Source of the DNA: Candidatus Bathyarchaeota archaeon
GTDB lineage: Archaea; Thermoproteota; Bathyarchaeia; 40CM-2-53-6
Direction of reading: 5' to 3'
Length of the DNA: 64,000 nucleotides
NCBI GenBank assembly: GCA_963726255.1
Contig: CAVSBL010000002.1
Span: 960,001-1,024,000 of the forward strand
This document shows, piece by piece, positions 59,227-64,000 of this stretch. The notes under the pieces are model-generated. The model was given only the letters and a program-made list of their open reading frames with translations. It made no database searches and was not told the DNA's origin. Each line of letters opens with the position of its first letter. Position 1 is the first letter of the stretch. A program made the position numbers and the translations under genes.

Positions 59227-60372
59227 CTACGCCAAAGCCGGTATTCTTCGCTTAAGGTCCTTCAGAATTTCGGCTGTTTGTTTCGGCGACGTGTCGGCTG
59301 AAAGTTCCTGCTTGGCTTCCCCCTCACTGCTAATGCTCTCTGGAGCACTCTCCCCAACGAGCGCTTCGAACAACTTCTGCCAATCCCTTGGGACGGCTTT
59401 GGGAGGCACGTAATCAACTAGTACGGAGGCAACAGAAGTCCATGCCCTCGCAACGTTGGCTAGGTTGTAGCCGCCACCGCCGAAAACAACGAGGCGACTA
59501 TGAGCTACCTCATGCGCCAATTCATGAACAATCTTAGCGACCTCGCAGTAGGTCTTTGTAGTGAGTTGCAAGTGAGCTAGCAGGTCGTTTGCATGCGAGT
59601 CTGCCCCACATTGCAGCAGCAGAACCTGCGGCTTGTACTTCCTCACGGCTGCAGGAACAATTTCCCGAAACAGCTCCATGTATGGCTTGTCGCCGGTGAA
59701 CGGCGGTAATGGTATGTTAATCTTGATTCCGGAAGCTTTGCCTTCGCCAATCTCCTCAGTGGATCCAGTGCCAGGAAAAAGATAGTGGCCGTCTTCGTGG
59801 AAGTCAATATCCAAAACGCCAGCGTCTGAGTAGAACCCGTACATTACGCCGTCTCCATGATGCGCGTCCACGTCTAGGTAGAGGACCTTGTCCACTGCAT
59901 ACTTCTTCTTCAGATATGCAATTGAGACGGCGGGGTCGTTGAAGATGCAGAAACCGGACGCGCGACCTGGATGGGCATGGTGCAGTCCTCCAGAGAGGTT
60001 CATCGCATGTGCTACTTGACCTGACATGACTAAATCAACCGCAGCCAGAGACGCGCCTACACCGAGCGCAGATGCCTCAAAACAACCCTTGAAAGCGGGC
60101 GTATCTCCCATATCGAGAAATCCTTCGCCTGACCTACTGACCTTCTGTACTAGATCTATGTACTCTTCATCATGGAAGAGCGCAAGTTCATCGCGGCTGG
60201 CCACACGCGGTTCACTGACCTTCACGTTCGGCGAAGAAAGTAAGCTGACTGCCCTCATCAGCTCAAAGGTCAGTTTCAGCCTAGTTGGCTTGAGCGGGTG
60301 GGTCGGCCCGAAGTCGTACTGCTGAAACGCGTCGCTGTAAACGACGCCGAGGGTCTGGGTCAATGGGTGCAA
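59227..60372 (-). CDS. Histone deacetylase family (AcuC-like)
   Basis: HPLKP.R, GGLHHA, GFC.FND, DVDAHHGDG, FPGTG, GAD.H..D.L, GGGGY. Confidence 0.93.
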   Translation of the reverse strand: MHPLTQTLGVVYSDAFQQYDFGPTHPLKPTRLKLTFELMRAVSLLSSPNVKVSEPRVASRDELALFHDEEYIDLVQKVSRSGEGFLDMGDTPAFKGCFEASALGVGASLAAVDLVMSGQVAHAMNLSGGLHHAHPGRASGFCIFNDPAVSIAYLKKKYAVDKVLYLDVDAHHGDGVMYGFYSDAGVLDIDFHEDGHYLFPGTGSTEEIGEGKASGIKINIPLPPFTGDKPYMELFREIVPAAVRKYKPQVLLLQCGADSHANDLLAHLQLTTKTYCEVAKIVHELAHEVAHSRLVVFGGGGYNLANVARAWTSVASVLVDYVPPKAVPRDWQKLFEALVGESAPESISSEGEAKQELSADTSPKQTAEILKDLKRRIPALA

Positions 60373-60490
60373 CCTGCCGAGAAGCGGCTACGTTCATTGG
60401 GTGGGGCGTTTGTTATGCGTTTAGGTTATGGTTTTCAGTAGCCCAAACTTAAATAATCCATATGTAATAACCGCCACCTGGCGTATACGA

Positions 60491-60838
60491 ATGCTACACT
60501 CCCCCAGCACTCTGAAGATTTCTCTGACTGAGAAAGCTGCTGAGAAAGTCAAGGCAGCAATAGATAAGCAAGAAAAGAAGGATGTGGGCCTGCGCCTCTA
60601 TGTTTCGGGCGGAGGCTGCAGCGGGTTCCAATACGGTTTGGCTTTCGACAACCAGACCGACGGAGACCATGTTATCGAAGCTCACGGAGTCAAGCTTCTA
60701 GTCGACGAACAGAGCGCTCAGTACGTGGATGGCTCAGAAGTGGACTATGTTGAAACAGTCATGGGTGAAGGTTTCAGGGTGAACAACCCCAACGCAACCG
60801 AAACATGTGGTTGCGGCCACTCATTCAAACCCAAGTAG
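60491..60838 (+). CDS. A-type Fe-S carrier (ErpA/IscA/HesB)
   Basis: GGGCSGFQY, NPNA..TCGCGHSF. Confidence 0.93.
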   Translation: MLHSPSTLKISLTEKAAEKVKAAIDKQEKKDVGLRLYVSGGGCSGFQYGLAFDNQTDGDHVIEAHGVKLLVDEQSAQYVDGSEVDYVETVMGEGFRVNNPNATETCGCGHSFKPK

Positions 60839-60906
60839 TCTACGGACCAATCTTCTCTTCAGCTACCTTTTGTCCACTCAGCCGCATAGCCTGCCTTCGA
60901 GTAGGA

Positions 60907-62445
60907 CTAGCACGGCTCGATTGTGGACGGCGGTTTCGAGGTTATCGCGTACGTCACCCAGGTAACTCCGGGTACCTCACCTGTGATTCGGCTGCTGAGT
61001 TCCTCGAGGACATCGGGCGTGATTCTTGCCCAGTCTGCGGTCATGCCGTCCAAGGATTTCACAATGCGAACGGTAACGATGTATCCTAACTGGCGCTGAT
61101 CGCCAAGAACTCCCACTGCCGTGTCATCCCCAACGATTGCGAACGCTTGCCAAACGGAGCCGTAAAGTCCGCGGCGGGTCAGGACATCCTCAACTATGGC
61201 GCTGGCTTCTCGGCATATGCGGAGTTTCTCGTTTGTTACCTCGCCGACAATACGAACCGCAAGACCAGGGCCTGGGAAAGGGTGTGCGCTTACTATGACG
61301 TTGGGTACGCCGAGTTCCTGAGCGATCTTGCGAACCTCATCCTTGTATAGGAACTTCAAGGGCTCAATAATTCTGAACTTCGACCATTCAGGGATCCCTC
61401 CCACATTGTGGTGCGTCTTTATTCGAGATGCTATGCTACCAGTCCCCGCACTTTCGATAACGTCTGGGTAGAGGGTTCCTTGAGCTAGCCAACGAAACGT
61501 TCCCGTCTTCGAACTCTCTTCGTCAAAGACTTTGATGAATTCTTCACCGATGATTTTCCGTTTTTGTTCAGGGTCGGTAACGCCGACAAGACGTTTTAGA
61601 AATCTTTCAGAAGCATCAACGTAACGCAGGTTTAGCTTAAGTTCATCCTTCAAAGCCTTCACAATCAGTTTCGCTTCATCCTTTCTCAAGAGGCCGTGAT
61701 TAACGAAGATGCAGGTTAACCGGTCTCCCACAGCCCGCTGCACGAGCACGGCTGTCGCAGTGGAGTCAACTCCACCGCTCACAGCGGACAAGACCTCATC
61801 ATTTCCAACTTCGGATCGAATTTGCTGCGTAGCGGTTTCAATTATCGACCGCGGGTTCCAGGTCTGCGAACACCCGCTTATTCCAACGGCGAAATTCCTT
61901 AAGATCTGTAGGCCGTTCTCCGTATGCGCAACCTCTGGATGAAACTGAACCCCGTAAAGCAGGCGAGAAGAATCACGTATAGCCGCGGTTTTGCAATTCT
62001 CGGAACTAGCAATCACCTCGAACCTGCCGGGGAGGGTTTCCGCGTAATCACCGTGGCTCATCCAAGAGACCATTGAGCCGGTAATTCCCTGAAATAGGTC
62101 AGAGCTGTCGGATATGTTCAACTGCGCCTTCCCATACTCCCGCCGTTTTGTCGCTTTGACGCGGCCACCCAGCATCTGAACCATTAATTGGAGGCCGTAG
62201 CAGATACCCAAGACGGGCAAGCCAAGCCGAAAGATTCCGGGGTCACATTTGGGAGCTCCTTCATCGTATACGCTGGCGGGGCCGCCGGAAAGAATCACGC
62301 CCTTCGCTTTCAGCTCTAGGAGTTCCTGTGGTTTTGCGGTATATGGCATCAGCTCTGAGTAGACTTCGCATTCCCTTATGCGGCGTGTTATGAGATGTGA
62401 GTACTGGCCTCCGAAGTCAAGAACGGCTATCAGTTCGTCGGGCAT
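60907..62445 (-). CDS. guaA: GMP synthase (single-chain GATase + synthase)
   Basis: LDFGGQY, GICYGLQ, QFHPEV, SGGVDS, IKTHHNVGG, HPFPGPGLA, KPPSTIE. Confidence 0.97.
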   Translation of the reverse strand: MPDELIAVLDFGGQYSHLITRRIRECEVYSELMPYTAKPQELLELKAKGVILSGGPASVYDEGAPKCDPGIFRLGLPVLGICYGLQLMVQMLGGRVKATKRREYGKAQLNISDSSDLFQGITGSMVSWMSHGDYAETLPGRFEVIASSENCKTAAIRDSSRLLYGVQFHPEVAHTENGLQILRNFAVGISGCSQTWNPRSIIETATQQIRSEVGNDEVLSAVSGGVDSTATAVLVQRAVGDRLTCIFVNHGLLRKDEAKLIVKALKDELKLNLRYVDASERFLKRLVGVTDPEQKRKIIGEEFIKVFDEESSKTGTFRWLAQGTLYPDVIESAGTGSIASRIKTHHNVGGIPEWSKFRIIEPLKFLYKDEVRKIAQELGVPNVIVSAHPFPGPGLAVRIVGEVTNEKLRICREASAIVEDVLTRRGLYGSVWQAFAIVGDDTAVGVLGDQRQLGYIVTVRIVKSLDGMTADWARITPDVLEELSSRITGEVPGVTWVTYAITSKPPSTIEPC

Positions 62446-62476
62446 TGCCTATCAGTTTGCCGCAGGTTCGATGACC

Positions 62477-63010
62477 CTACCGTATCCGCTTTAGACCTTT
62501 TGGATACCTCAATGCCAAGTCAGCGTAAGCTTCCTTGTATTTGGTCCAAAGTCGTTTGTCGGATTCTGCGACATCTCGAATGACTTTCGCGGGAACGCCA
62601 ACCGCAACTTTGCCATCAGGAATTGTTTGGTTGCTTGTCACTACTGCGCCTTCACCAACAATGCTCCAAACTCCGACGGTCCCGTAGTCGCTTATCACTG
62701 CACCCACACCAACCACTGCGTAATCTTTGATTGTGCAGTTATGGAGAAGCGCCCCGTGGCCAATTTGAACATGATTGCCGACTTCGCATTTCTCATTCAT
62801 CCGCGCATGTAGGACACAGTTTTCTTGTATACTCGTTTTCTCCCCTATCGTAATCGTTCCATAATCTCCTCTGATTCTTGCACCGGAACCGATGAAACAT
62901 TGTGTCCCAATAGTAACATCTCCCAGCACCTTCGCGTCCTCGTCAACGTAGGCGTTTGGCGCTATCCGTGGGATGCGCCCTTCAAATTCGTATATTCCCA
63001 CGCGGCTCAT
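62477..63010 (-). CDS. Gamma carbonic anhydrase family (hexapeptide repeat)
   Basis: GDV.IG, IRGD, IQENCVLH, IGHGALLH, GVPAKVIR. Confidence 0.92.
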   Translation of the reverse strand: MSRVGIYEFEGRIPRIAPNAYVDEDAKVLGDVTIGTQCFIGSGARIRGDYGTITIGEKTSIQENCVLHARMNEKCEVGNHVQIGHGALLHNCTIKDYAVVGVGAVISDYGTVGVWSIVGEGAVVTSNQTIPDGKVAVGVPAKVIRDVAESDKRLWTKYKEAYADLALRYPKGLKRIR

Positions 63011-63158
63011 CTCGGAATCTGTATTTTGAACGGCGGCTCTTAAGATACGCCTTGACGGGCTTCGCCAAAGAAATCATCTTCTGGCCTAAAGCGGACTACG
63101 TTAATGGCATGTTCCCTGTAGGGTCAGGGAGCAATAGAATCGTTACGTTGAGCTGTTC

Positions 63159-63547
63159 CTAGGAGAAGCTGCCAATCTTCGCTTCGAGTTGGCTCTTCGG
63201 CAGGAGCCCAACTACACGGTCCACTTCAGCCCCGTTCTTCATTACGAGCAGCGTAGGAATCGCCCTTATGCCAAATTTCTCAGCGGTCTCGGGGTTCTCG
63301 TCAACATTCAACTTTCCGAACACTATTTTCCCGCTGTACTCCTTTGCCAGTTCCTCCACTATGGGTGCAATCGCTCGGCAGGGTGCACACCAGGCTGCCC
63401 AGCAGTCGACGACAACTAACGGGTAGTTCTTGACTGTCTGGTCGAAGTTCCTGTCACTAACAACTATTGGTTTGTCTATGCTCGGTGTTGACATTTGTCC
63501 CATTAGTTCGTGCATCTTCTTTTGCGTATTTGCTCAAGCTCGTCCAA
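63159..63547 (-). CDS. trxA: Thioredoxin with N-terminal helix; 1-bp deletion near 63521
   Basis: WAAWCAPC; TTG 63547 MDELEQIR joins KKMHELM after adding one A. Confidence 0.9.
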
Positions 63548-63788
63548 AATCGGACCACTCGCAGCAGTTCAAGCCAAGAAGTTCCCTTTCGTTATAAATC
63601 TACCCCGCAACTAACGTGAATGACGCAGCTCGACCCTACCCCTATTCCCGACGTCAGCCGGATCGGGAATTCGCGGGATTATTATTCAGAAGAAAAGCGG
63701 CGGTCGAGCTTTGGCTTTGCGCTCTTTGGCATCCTAGTCAACCTTAAGAGGCCAACACACTGTAAAACGGGACTCAAGCGTGAGTGAA

Positions 63789-64000
63789 ATGCCCCTCGAC
63801 TTTGATTTCAGCGAAGAACAAGCACTTTTCCGTAGAACTGTTCGAGAGTATGCCAAGAAGGAGATCGCTCCGAAGATTAGGGATGCTGAAAGCAAAGGCA
63901 AATTCCCGTGGGAGCTTTACCGGAAGATGGGGCAGGCTGGGCTTCTGGGCCTAAGGTTTCCGAAGCAGTATGGCGGGCAGGAGGCGGACGCTGTCACGAT
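63789..64000 (+). CDS. Acyl-CoA dehydrogenase (N-terminus; runs off the window)
   Basis: DFSEEQ.LFR.TVREYA..EIAP....E....FP.EL..KMG..GLLG..FP..YGG. Confidence 0.9.
   Translation, partial: MPLDFDFSEEQALFRRTVREYAKKEIAPKIRDAESKGKFPWELYRKMGQAGLLGLRFPKQYGGQEADAVT

Noticed and set aside
1-64000. CRISPR array, cas genes, rRNA genes or intact transposases
   Set aside because: No regularly spaced repeats, rRNA-like segments or transposase/integrase catalytic motifs were seen by eye.

Overview
Archaeal chromosomal segment from a TACK-lineage organism, most consistent with Bathyarchaeia (TBP, eL38, tetraether synthase Tes, archaeal CCA enzyme, TrmB, NitrOD5-like protein, PEF/PGF-type sorting tails, many TTG starts); the taxon is an inference. 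The left ~19 kb is accessory: GNATs, a large GAF/PAS histidine kinase with its receiver, gene remnants, an RsbR/S/T/X (stressosome-like) module and an aromatic ammonia-lyase. It ends at a tRNA-Pro(GGG) gene (19121-19301, minus) that folds only after removing FOUR non-canonical BHB introns. Two degenerate copies of that tRNA's 3' end (13587, 16902) mark tandem integrations. The rest is mostly core: a tRNA-processing cluster, surface proteins, lipid genes, TBP, larB/larE, mdh, ppdK/ppsA, guaA and an intron-containing tRNA-Val(GAC). Elements missed by the ORF track include a dual-guide C/D box sRNA candidate (28982-29055) and a candidate regulon in which an RHH-nucleotidyltransferase fusion sits next to two paralogous Zn-ribbon microproteins, each preceded by a GTAWTAC-N16-GTAWTAC site. 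Six single-base deletions in short G/A runs break five genes and look like long-read assembly errors. All protein calls come from motif recognition; no database searches were run.
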